From positions 1-56,841 of the forward strand of contig JBMOJO010000001.1 of NCBI GenBank assembly GCA_049315745.1: 56,841 bases of DNA. The letters run 5' to 3'. Of this stretch, positions 28,448 to 37,245 are shown piece by piece. The translations under genes were made by a program, and so were the position numbers. Source of the stretch: Saprospiraceae bacterium (GTDB lineage: Bacteria; Bacteroidota; Bacteroidia; Chitinophagales; Saprospiraceae). The notes beneath the pieces were generated by a model that was given only the letters and a program-made list of their open reading frames with translations, made no database searches and had not been told where the DNA came from. The first letter of the stretch is position 1, and each line of letters begins with the position of its first letter.

Positions 28448-28480
28448 AAAAAAAAAGACCGAAACAATAATCTGTTTCGG
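28448..28480 (-). terminator. Orphan intrinsic terminator on the minus strand (CCGAAACA-gattat-TGTTTCGG, then TC + T9)
   Basis: Hairpin and T-run are read on the reverse strand. No minus-strand CDS lies upstream of it, because the next gene to the right (AraC) is on the plus strand. Confidence 0.55.
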
Positions 28481-28691
28481 CCCTAAGTAAAACTAAACCC
28501 CAGTTAAATCTTTATATTCAGGTATCTGATATTATCTTGTACTGTTATCGTCTGACAAAGTTAAGAAAAAATTTTAAAACGCTGCTTAATTTTAACGATT
28601 GCTTAAATTTTTTCTTGGTGTTTTAGTCTGAAAACATGCTTTTGGCCGCGATTGTTTAACCACCTTCCTAAAGCATGGCAAATATAAAACA

Positions 28692-29564
28692 ATGAAACCA
28701 TATTTGGAAAAAATTCATCCAGAATTTGGCAGTTCTTTTTCAATAAAAAGATTTACGCAGGAGCAGAGCGGTGGGAAGCCGTTCTGGCACTTTCATCCGG
28801 AGTACGAGATTGTGTATGTGTCGCATGGGAAGGGAAAACGGCATATTGCCAACCATATTTCGTATTTTGAGGAAGGGGATTTGATTATGCTTGGCCCTAA
28901 CCTTCCACACATGAGTTTTTCGGAAGAGTTATCAGAGAGCCATACGGAGATTGTGGTGCAGATGCAGCCTGATTTTTTGGGTCAGGTATTCTGGTCGTTG
29001 CCGGAAATGGCGGAAATCCGGGCTTTATTTGAACGTGCGGACAACGGATTGGTTTTTTATGGGGAGACGAAGGCAGCAGCCGGGCGTCACCTCCATGCGA
29101 TGATGGACATGGGGCCGCTGGATCGGCTCTTGGCATTGCTGGCACTTTTGCAGGACCTTGCCCGCGGTACAGGGTGCCAGTCGTTACAGGTGAAGGGTTT
29201 TGTTTTACCGGTTGACGCACAGCATTATGAAAGGGTAGAGCGTGTTTTTGAATATGTCACGGATCAATTTCAGCGGGCGATTACGCTGGAGGCGGCTGCG
29301 GCGCAGGCTAACCTTACGGTACCTGCATTTTGCAGGTTTTTCAAAAAGCTGACGGGAAAGACTTTTGTGCAGTTTGTCAATGAAATCAGAATTTCACATG
29401 CCTGCAGCTTATTGGCAAATGGGGAGATGGGTATTGCGGCCATCAGTTATGAGAGCGGGTTTAATAATCTGTCCCACTTTAATAAGCAATTCCGGGAAAT
29501 TACCGGTATTTCCCCCCGGGACTACCGCAGCAGGATCATACGCGTGGTCAGGGAGCCGGATTGA
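28692..29564 (+). CDS. AraC family transcriptional regulator with N-terminal cupin domain
   Basis: Cupin-like N-terminus (WHFHPEYEIVYVSHG). C-terminal AraC HTH (ITLEAAAAQANLTVPAFCRFFKK...GFNNLSHFNKQFRE). Confidence 0.88.
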   Translation: MKPYLEKIHPEFGSSFSIKRFTQEQSGGKPFWHFHPEYEIVYVSHGKGKRHIANHISYFEEGDLIMLGPNLPHMSFSEELSESHTEIVVQMQPDFLGQVFWSLPEMAEIRALFERADNGLVFYGETKAAAGRHLHAMMDMGPLDRLLALLALLQDLARGTGCQSLQVKGFVLPVDAQHYERVERVFEYVTDQFQRAITLEAAAAQANLTVPAFCRFFKKLTGKTFVQFVNEIRISHACSLLANGEMGIAAISYESGFNNLSHFNKQFREITGISPRDYRSRIIRVVREPD

Positions 29565-29699
29565 TCATTTGCCCGTTACGGGGGCGCGAGGGGCTTTTTG
29601 TCCCTGCCGGTCTGCTGCAACAAGTAAAGCACAGGTGGCAGGTTGTGCCGGTCGGGCACCCTGCCTGCTAAGTTTCTATCATCAAATAAACCACTTCAA

Positions 29700-30125
29700 A
29701 TGGATCTCAAAACTTGTATCCTTGCCTTGCTGATGTCTTTTTCGTTCCCGGGCTGTCAACAGCTGGAAGTAAAGCAATATCTGACGGGTGATTGGCAATA
29801 TGATCTTGCGGCTATCCGGATTGAAATGGACTTGCGCGGATCAGGTTTCGCGGAGCGGAATTACATGGAGAGCATTATGGCCGGCCTTCAGTTTGCGACC
29901 TTAGGTTTTTTGGAAAAGGGGCGGGTACAATTTGAGCTGGACAGCTTGCGGCAAACGGGGGATTGGAAGCTCAAAAAGAACGGAAAGCAGCTGATGATAC
30001 GCCTGACGGAAAAGCCTCAGCAATACGCAATAGAACGCAGGGGCAGGGACACCCTGCTCTTAGACCCCCTGAACGGCGAAGGACTGGCTTTTCCCCGCAT
30101 GCTGATCAGAAAGCAGAAAGAATAG
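29700..30125 (+). CDS. Hypothetical lipoprotein
   Basis: MDLKTCILALLMSFSFPGCQQ signal and lipobox. The ATG at 29700 is preferred over the ORF-track start at 29643. Confidence 0.5.
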   Translation: MDLKTCILALLMSFSFPGCQQLEVKQYLTGDWQYDLAAIRIEMDLRGSGFAERNYMESIMAGLQFATLGFLEKGRVQFELDSLRQTGDWKLKKNGKQLMIRLTEKPQQYAIERRGRDTLLLDPLNGEGLAFPRMLIRKQKE

Positions 30126-30152
30126 GGTGGGGAAGTGGGTTGTCGCGGCCTT

Positions 30153-32576
30153 TTAATCAGTTTTTTCCAGCTCCGGTGGAACGGCAATACCGAGGAGTTG
30201 GCCGAGTTCCAGGAATAAATTTATGGTTTCATGGGGCAGAGAGCGGTAATTGCCGGAGGAGAGCAGCGAAAAATACAGGTTTTGGCTTTTCCAGTAATTG
30301 ATTTCGATACCCATGCTTTCCAGTAGCCGTAGGGTTTGATTGAGGTTGTGCAGGAGGTCAGGGGCATTTTCCGGAAAAGCGGAGATAAACTGGATCTCAT
30401 GAAAAATCCTTTCGCTCGCGGAGAGCTGTAATGCCGGTGCGCGGGTAATTTCAAGGCCCCATTTGTTGAACTCGCGGTAGAGTCGTTTCAGCTCCCTGAG
30501 GTTTAGGTGGCCCTCGGCGAAACAGCGGCGCAGGTCTTCATTGAGGACAAACAGCGCCGCACTTTGATAAGCCTCGGGCAGCGGGATGTTATTGATTTTG
30601 ATCGCAGTCATAAATTGGTATCCGTCGTTATAGATTTCGCGGAAGGCGGTGTCAATCAGGTTGGCGCTCTGCCCGCTGATTTTTTCGAGGATCCCGCGCT
30701 TTTCGTCCCGGAAGAGCTGCCAAAAATTAAACCTTTCGCCACCGAAGTAATCTTCCATCAGCCCGATTACCCTTGCGACGTCGCTGCGCTCGAAGGCTGC
30801 AGTAATTTCGCCGGCAATACGGTCAAATTCCTGTTCGGGCATATTTACAGAGATATGGCCGAAGAAATTGAGTTGCCCGAGATACAGCGCCACAAAGCTG
30901 AATAATTTTTCGGAACGGGTGATGCGCGACACAACGCGGGTCCTGCCGGTTGCCAGACGCTGGTTTCCGGCCTCACTGCGGTGAAAGACTTCGCTTTCTG
31001 CGATATAGTTGAAAATGGGGCTTTTTCCGGGGTCTTCGTCGAACAGGGAGGAGACTGCGTAGTGCATGCCCACCCGGGCCAGGTCGGCTTTTGCGGCGAC
31101 GACATTCTGGAGATAGCTCACCGACCCATCTTTGTACATATTACTGGGAATATTTTCCAGACGATGGAGGAAGGCGTTGTGTAAATGTGTTCCCGAGATC
31201 TGCTCTGCATAGTGGATGGCCCGGTTGGCGTACTGCAGGATCTGGTCGGTTTCCAGCCCGGAGAGCTCATCAAAAAACCAGCCGCAACTGGTAAACATGA
31301 GCAATGCATTGCGCTGCATCTCCATAAGCCGCAGCAGGGTGACCGTTTCCGCATTTTCCAGTTTGCGACGGCTGTGTTTCGCAAGAAAATCATCCACATT
31401 TTGGGGGCTTCTGTCGAGGATGACGGAGATGTAGTAGTTCCGGGCCTCCCAGGGGTTTTTGAGCAGATCGAGGCTGTATCGGGTAAAGACGGGGACGAGC
31501 TGGTCGCGCAGCCAGTCGAGCAGTTCCCGAAGCGGTTTTCGCCAATGTTGGCGCCATTCGGGGCGGCCGCCTGAACAGCAGCCGCAGTCGGCCCGCCAGC
31601 GCTCGACACCATGGACGCAGCTCCATGAGCTGTTTTCGTGGATCTGGGCCTCCCATTCTGGTGGGAAGCGTTCGAGAAAATCGCCATAGTTGGTGAGCTG
31701 GACGTCATCGCGTTCCTGCAGTTGCCGGATACATGCAGCGAGCGCCATTTCGCCAAACCGGTGATGGTGCCCGTAGCTTTCGCCATCGGTGGCGATGTGC
31801 ATGAGCTGGGGTTCTGAAGTTGGATCGAAATGACCCATCAGGGCATCGGCGAAACGCTTCCCGTCGTTGAGCAGCCCGCTAAAGGCAACCGACTGGGAAA
31901 CTTCGCCGTGATAGAAGAACAAAGCGATGGATTTTCCCGAGGGCAATTTACACAGGTATGGCCGCCGGCAGTCCACGGCCGAGGAATCGAGTATTTGCCA
32001 TTGTGCCTGGCCGGGCGCCTTTACGGCTTTAGCCTGCCGGGGCGCCAGGATGGTGAATGCAATATCGTTTTGCGCAAGGATTTCCAGGGTTTCGATATCC
32101 ACAGCCGTTTCGGCGAGCCATAAACCTTCCGGTTTGCGTTTGAACCTCGCCTCAAAGTCACGGATCCCCCAAATGACCTGAGTCTCTTTGTCGCGATAGT
32201 TGGCAAGGGGCATAATAATATGGTTATAGACCTGGGCGATGGCAGCGCCGTGGCCGCCGAACCGGCCTTGGGCATTTGCATCGGCTTCGAGGATAGCATG
32301 ATAGGCCCCGGGATCGGCAGCGGCTAGCCAGGAAAGGAGCGTTGGTCCAAAGTTGAAGCTGATATTGACATAATTATTGACGATGTCGCTAATGCGCTCG
32401 TCGTTGCCCAATATCCGCGCTGCCGAATTTGGCGCATAACACTCAAAGTTGATCCGGTCGTTCCAGTCGTGGAACGGCGCTGCGGAATCCTGCATTTCGA
32501 CGACCTCGAGCCAGGCGTTTTCACGCGGGGGCTGGTAAAAATGGCCATGGATACAAACGTATTTATCGGGCTTCAT
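30153..32576 (-). CDS. Glycoside hydrolase family 57 protein (alpha-amylase / glucanotransferase-like) with long C-terminal helical extension
   Basis: N-terminus MKPDKYVCIHGHFYQPPRENAWLE and the downstream motifs ATDGESYGHHH and WSCVHGVERW are characteristic of GH57. The start at the ATG ending at 32576 is preferred. Confidence 0.8.
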   Translation of the reverse strand: MKPDKYVCIHGHFYQPPRENAWLEVVEMQDSAAPFHDWNDRINFECYAPNSAARILGNDERISDIVNNYVNISFNFGPTLLSWLAAADPGAYHAILEADANAQGRFGGHGAAIAQVYNHIIMPLANYRDKETQVIWGIRDFEARFKRKPEGLWLAETAVDIETLEILAQNDIAFTILAPRQAKAVKAPGQAQWQILDSSAVDCRRPYLCKLPSGKSIALFFYHGEVSQSVAFSGLLNDGKRFADALMGHFDPTSEPQLMHIATDGESYGHHHRFGEMALAACIRQLQERDDVQLTNYGDFLERFPPEWEAQIHENSSWSCVHGVERWRADCGCCSGGRPEWRQHWRKPLRELLDWLRDQLVPVFTRYSLDLLKNPWEARNYYISVILDRSPQNVDDFLAKHSRRKLENAETVTLLRLMEMQRNALLMFTSCGWFFDELSGLETDQILQYANRAIHYAEQISGTHLHNAFLHRLENIPSNMYKDGSVSYLQNVVAAKADLARVGMHYAVSSLFDEDPGKSPIFNYIAESEVFHRSEAGNQRLATGRTRVVSRITRSEKLFSFVALYLGQLNFFGHISVNMPEQEFDRIAGEITAAFERSDVARVIGLMEDYFGGERFNFWQLFRDEKRGILEKISGQSANLIDTAFREIYNDGYQFMTAIKINNIPLPEAYQSAALFVLNEDLRRCFAEGHLNLRELKRLYREFNKWGLEITRAPALQLSASERIFHEIQFISAFPENAPDLLHNLNQTLRLLESMGIEINYWKSQNLYFSLLSSGNYRSLPHETINLFLELGQLLGIAVPPELEKTD

Positions 32577-32718
32577 CTGTTTTGCTATTTTTGAGGCACG
32601 CAATTTATAAAAAGGAGGCTTATTATTGGCTTTTTAGATCGAGTAAGCGATGAGCCTGTCGAAAAGGCAGGAAGTGTTGTTATATTTGTACGCTTTCCGG
32701 AAAAAAACATCTTCAATC

Positions 32719-35247
32719 ATGTACCGAAACACGTTTTTTTACAGTATTGTGGTATTCCTCACCATCCTGCTTTCCGTCGGGGCCACGGGTGCGCAGGCGC
32801 CGCGAAAATATTCTTCTGCAGAAATTTATGAGGCGGTGAAAAAATTAAATTTTCTGGGTTCGGCGCTATATGTAGCCGCACATCCGGACGACGAAAATAC
32901 CCGCATGATCGCCTATTTGTCCAACGAAGTTAAAGCAACTACGGCATATCTCTCGCTGACGAGGGGCGATGGCGGGCAGAACCTCATCGGCCCGGAGATC
33001 GAAGAGCTGTTGGGGCTGATCAGGACGCAGGAACTGCTGGCAGCACGCCGGGTTGACGGGGGCAAGCAGTTATTTACCCGGGCGAATGATTTTGGGTTTT
33101 CCAAGCACCCCGACGAAACCCTGAAAATTTGGAGCAAGCAGGAGGTGCTTGCGGATGTGGTGTGGGCATTCCGTAAATGGCAGCCCGATGTAGTCATCAA
33201 CCGCTTCGACCATCGTTCTCCGGGGGCTACTCACGGGCACCATACTTCCTCGGCGCTACTTTCACTCGAGGCCTGCGACCTGGCGGGCACTTCGACAGCC
33301 TTCCCCGAGCAACTGGCTTTTTTTGGCCCATGGGCACCTAAGCGGGTGTTTTTCAATACTTCCTGGTTTTTTTATGGTAGCCAGGAGGCTTTTGAAAAGG
33401 CCGACAAATCCAATCTGGTGCGGTTGGACGTAGGGGGGTTTTATCCAGCTTTGGGGAAGTCCCTGGGGGAGATCGCCGCAGAGAGCCGGAGTATGCACAA
33501 ATGTCAGGGGTTTGGCTCTGCAGGCGTGCGGGGGTCGGAGCGGGATTATCTCGAATTATTGCGCGGGGATATGCCCAGGGATTCATCGAATATCTTTGAG
33601 GGGATCAATACCACCTGGACCAGGGTGCCTGGCGGGGCGCCGATCGGGAAATTGCTGGAGAAAGTGGAGCGGGAATTCCAGCTGCCCAACCCTGCGGCTT
33701 CCGTACCCGATCTCGTCAAAGCATACCGGCTCATGGAACAACTACCCGATGGCTTCTGGAAGCGCACGAAAATGGAGGAAATCCGGGAGGTCATCAGGGC
33801 ATGCCTCGGCCTGTACATCGAGGTGACGGCTACCGAACCCAGCGCTGCGCCCGGAGACCCCATAACGTTGCGCACCGAGGTCGTGCAGCGGCTCGGGGCA
33901 CCGGTGAGGATTGAACAGATTAGCTACAGCCCTTTCAAAACAGATACCGCGCTGGCCCAGCCCCTTCGCGTCAACCAACGGCTAACGTGGAATACGCGCT
34001 CCGTCCTGCCTGATGCGAGTGCAACAAGCAATCCCTATTGGCTTAGCGAACAACATTCCCTGGGGTTATATACCGTAAATGACCAGCAACTCCGGGGCGT
34101 ACCGGAAACCCCCCGCCCATTGAAAGCGGTATTCGCTTTTGTGGTGGAAGGCGTACCCATCGCCTTTGAAACCGATGTTGTATATAAATTTACAGACCCG
34201 GTCAAAGGGGAGGTATATCAACCCTTTGAAGTCACCCCCCCCGTGTATGTAAAACTCGAACGGAAAGTATTCGTTTTCCCGGATGGTCAAGCACAGCGGG
34301 TTTCCGTAACGGTGAAGGCAGGAAAAGGCAACGTCTCCGGGGAATTGCGCCTGGAGGTGCCAACGGGCTGGAAATCGGAGCCTGCCCTGCAGAATTTTGA
34401 AGTGAAGCGGAAAGGCGAAGATGCCGTATTCCAGTTTGTGCTTACGCCACCGGCAGAAAAGAGCGATGGGGCAATTACGCCGGTTGCAACGGTCGGCGGG
34501 CGTGCGTACCGCCAGTCACTGATCCGGATCAATTATGACCACATTCCGGTCCAGACCGTATTTGAAGATGCTCAGGGCCGGGCCGTGCGCATCGAGCTGG
34601 AAAAATCCGGGAACAGTATCGCTTACCTGGAGGGGGCCGGCGATGATATCCCGGCAAGCCTTCGCGCCATGGGCTATGAAGTAGCACTCATCCCGGACGG
34701 TGCGCTGGCAAATACCGACTTATCGCGTTTCGATGCAGTAGTCACCGGGATACGTGCCTATAATACCCGGGAAGACCTCCGCTTCGGCCAGTCGAAGTTA
34801 CTGGGATATGTCAATGCAGGTGGCACCTTGCTCATCCAGTATAACACCAGCGGAGGGTTAAGGGTGCCGGTTGCAGAGATCGGGCCTTATTCGCTGAGCC
34901 TGTCCCGTGAGCGGGTTACGGTAGAAGAAGCCGAGATGCGTTTCCTGAAGCCGGATCACCCCCTGCTGAACGTCCCCAACAAAATTACACCCGCGGATTT
35001 TGATGGCTGGGTGCAGGAACGCGGGTTGTATTTTCCGGGGCAGTGGGATAGCCGCTACGAGGCACTGTTGTCCTGTAACGATCCGGGGGAGCCGGCCCGG
35101 GACGGGGCGTTATTGTATGCACCTTACGGGAAAGGACATTTTGTCTATACGGGCCTGGCGTTTTTTCGCCAGCTCCCGGCGGGGGTGCCAGGGGCGTACC
35201 GGCTGTTCGCAAATATTATTTCTGCAGGAAAATCACCTAAACCTTAA
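32719..35247 (+). CDS. Secreted PIG-L/LmbE-family deacetylase fused to large C-terminal domains
   Basis: Signal peptide (MYRNTFFYSIVVFLTILLSVGATGAQA), AHPDDENTRMIAYL motif and HGHHTSS zinc-site-like motif. The C-terminal ~230 aa resemble a ThuA/GATase1-like fold (GVTGIRAY, GGTLLIQYN). Confidence 0.7.
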   Translation: MYRNTFFYSIVVFLTILLSVGATGAQAPRKYSSAEIYEAVKKLNFLGSALYVAAHPDDENTRMIAYLSNEVKATTAYLSLTRGDGGQNLIGPEIEELLGLIRTQELLAARRVDGGKQLFTRANDFGFSKHPDETLKIWSKQEVLADVVWAFRKWQPDVVINRFDHRSPGATHGHHTSSALLSLEACDLAGTSTAFPEQLAFFGPWAPKRVFFNTSWFFYGSQEAFEKADKSNLVRLDVGGFYPALGKSLGEIAAESRSMHKCQGFGSAGVRGSERDYLELLRGDMPRDSSNIFEGINTTWTRVPGGAPIGKLLEKVEREFQLPNPAASVPDLVKAYRLMEQLPDGFWKRTKMEEIREVIRACLGLYIEVTATEPSAAPGDPITLRTEVVQRLGAPVRIEQISYSPFKTDTALAQPLRVNQRLTWNTRSVLPDASATSNPYWLSEQHSLGLYTVNDQQLRGVPETPRPLKAVFAFVVEGVPIAFETDVVYKFTDPVKGEVYQPFEVTPPVYVKLERKVFVFPDGQAQRVSVTVKAGKGNVSGELRLEVPTGWKSEPALQNFEVKRKGEDAVFQFVLTPPAEKSDGAITPVATVGGRAYRQSLIRINYDHIPVQTVFEDAQGRAVRIELEKSGNSIAYLEGAGDDIPASLRAMGYEVALIPDGALANTDLSRFDAVVTGIRAYNTREDLRFGQSKLLGYVNAGGTLLIQYNTSGGLRVPVAEIGPYSLSLSRERVTVEEAEMRFLKPDHPLLNVPNKITPADFDGWVQERGLYFPGQWDSRYEALLSCNDPGEPARDGALLYAPYGKGHFVYTGLAFFRQLPAGVPGAYRLFANIISAGKSPKP

Positions 35248-35251
35248 ATAA

Positions 35252-35383
35252 ATGGATCATCCAGCTCAGGAAACGGACCGGCCGCCGGTATTCAAATCGT
35301 GGGAATGGGTCTATGCCTTTTTACTGATTTTTCAGGCGCTGCTGATGCTTGCGTTTTATCTTTTTATGCGGGTATTTGTATAG
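35252..35383 (+). CDS. Possible 43-aa single-pass membrane peptide preceding the symporter gene
   Basis: Hand-translated as MDHPAQETDRPPVFKSWEWVYAFLLIFQALLMLAFYLFMRVFV. It lies 4 nt after the deacetylase stop and 21 nt before the SSS gene. No homology evidence is available. Confidence 0.3.
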   Translation: MDHPAQETDRPPVFKSWEWVYAFLLIFQALLMLAFYLFMRVFV

Positions 35384-35404
35384 ATCGTTTTTAATCTGGC
35401 TGAA

Positions 35405-37150
35405 ATGGCAATAATAGACTGGACCGTAATGCTCGCCACCCTTCTGGGGATTGCCGGGTACGGGATATGGAAGACGAGGCATGTACAGAGCGCAAGGAGC
35501 TATATGCTGGGGGATCATGACCTGAAGTGGTGGACGATAGGGCTGTCCATCATGGCGACGCAGGCAAGCGCGATTACCTTTTTGTCCACGCCAGGGCAGG
35601 CCTATGAGAGCGGCATGGCGTTTGTTCAGTTTTACTTCGGCCTGCCCTTGGCCATGGTACTGCTGAGTATATTTGTGATCCCCAACTATTACCGTTTAAA
35701 AGTTTACACCGCATACGAGTTTCTCGAGAGCCGCTTTGGCCTGCCTACGCGTATCCTTACGGCAGTCCTGTTTCTGGTGCAGCGGGGGCTTGCTGCCGGG
35801 ATGACCATTTTGGCGCCTTCGATTGTGTTGTCGCAGATCATGGGATGGGCGCTTAATCCTACAATCTTTTTTATGGGTATTATCGTCATCGGCTATACGG
35901 TATCCGGCGGGACAAAAGCGGTGAGCGTGACCCAGACCCAGCAGATGGTCGTTATCCTGCTCGGGTTGTTGCTGGCATCGGTTTTAATTATTTTTAACCT
36001 GCCTGCCGGGTTTAGTTTGGCAGAAATGGTCTCCGTAGCAGGAAAGATGGACAAGCTCAACGTGCTGGATTTTGAATTTGACCTTTCCAACCGGTATAAT
36101 TTCTGGTCCGGGATGCTCGGTGGGACCTTTCTTTTCCTTTCCTATTTTGGCACCGATCAATCCCAGGTATCGAGGTACCTGTCGGGGCGTTCACTGACGG
36201 AAAGCCGCCTTGGGCTGATGTTCAACGGGCTTTTGAAAATACCTATGCAATTCGTGATTTTGTTTGTCGGCGTATTGGTATTTATGTTTTATCAGTTTAA
36301 TGCGCCTCCGGCACATTTTAACCGCGCAAATGTGGAGGCCGTAAAGGGTAGCGCCCTCGCGCCCCGCTATGCTGCGCTCGAGGGCCAGTTAAACTGGGTT
36401 TTCCAGGAAAGGCAGGATGCGATCCGCAGCATGGTACAGGCGGAGCGTTTGGGCAACCGGGAAGCGATGTTGCTGGCAAAGTCGCAAGTACAGGCCTTAC
36501 AGGAGGAGGATAAAAAGCTCCGGGCGGAAGTCCAGGCCTTAATCAAGGCCAACAATGCCGAGGCGAATGCAAAGGATACGGATTATGTATTCATCTCTTA
36601 CGTTCTCAATTACATGCCGATAGGGGTCATCGGCCTTTTACTGGCGATGATTTTTTCCGCGGCGTGGTCTTCAACATCATCGGAATTGAACGCACTCTCT
36701 ACTACAGTGGTAGTGGACGTGTACAGGCGGGTTTTTGTGAAAGATGCCGGGGACAGGCATTATTTGCTTATGTCGAAATGGTTTACAGTGATGTGGGGGG
36801 GGATTGCACTGGCCTTTGCCATGCTTGCCCAGCAGTTTGAGAACCTTATTCAGGCGGTCAACATCATCGGGTCTCTGTTTTACGGGGTAATCCTTGGGGT
36901 TTTCCTCAGTGCATTTTTTCTGAAAACGGTAAGTGGACGGGCGGTTTTTACTGCTGCCATAGTAGCCGAAATGCTGATCATTGCCATATTTATGGCCAAT
37001 GAGTACCAGTGGCAGGTTATCGTTTGGGGGAGGGTGTGGAAAATACAGATCGCTTACCTTTGGCTCAACCTGATCGGGTGCGCGTTGGTGATGCTGTTCG
37101 CAACGCTTTTTCAGTTCTTTTTGAAAGACAGGAAACACATCGCCGTATAG
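35405..37150 (+). CDS. Sodium:solute symporter (SSS) family transporter
   Basis: 581 aa with ~13-14 hydrophobic helices and an SSS-type N-terminal pattern (GYGIWKTRHV...YMLGDHDLKWWTIGLSIMATQASAITFLSTPG). Confidence 0.85.
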   Translation: MAIIDWTVMLATLLGIAGYGIWKTRHVQSARSYMLGDHDLKWWTIGLSIMATQASAITFLSTPGQAYESGMAFVQFYFGLPLAMVLLSIFVIPNYYRLKVYTAYEFLESRFGLPTRILTAVLFLVQRGLAAGMTILAPSIVLSQIMGWALNPTIFFMGIIVIGYTVSGGTKAVSVTQTQQMVVILLGLLLASVLIIFNLPAGFSLAEMVSVAGKMDKLNVLDFEFDLSNRYNFWSGMLGGTFLFLSYFGTDQSQVSRYLSGRSLTESRLGLMFNGLLKIPMQFVILFVGVLVFMFYQFNAPPAHFNRANVEAVKGSALAPRYAALEGQLNWVFQERQDAIRSMVQAERLGNREAMLLAKSQVQALQEEDKKLRAEVQALIKANNAEANAKDTDYVFISYVLNYMPIGVIGLLLAMIFSAAWSSTSSELNALSTTVVVDVYRRVFVKDAGDRHYLLMSKWFTVMWGGIALAFAMLAQQFENLIQAVNIIGSLFYGVILGVFLSAFFLKTVSGRAVFTAAIVAEMLIIAIFMANEYQWQVIVWGRVWKIQIAYLWLNLIGCALVMLFATLFQFFLKDRKHIAV

Positions 37151-37245
37151 CGGCAGCGACGAGGGCTTTTGCCAGGGGGGCCGCTGTTATGTGGAAGGGG
37201 CTTGCCTTTCCCGGTTTGGATATGGCCAATATCCTGTTCGCCGGG

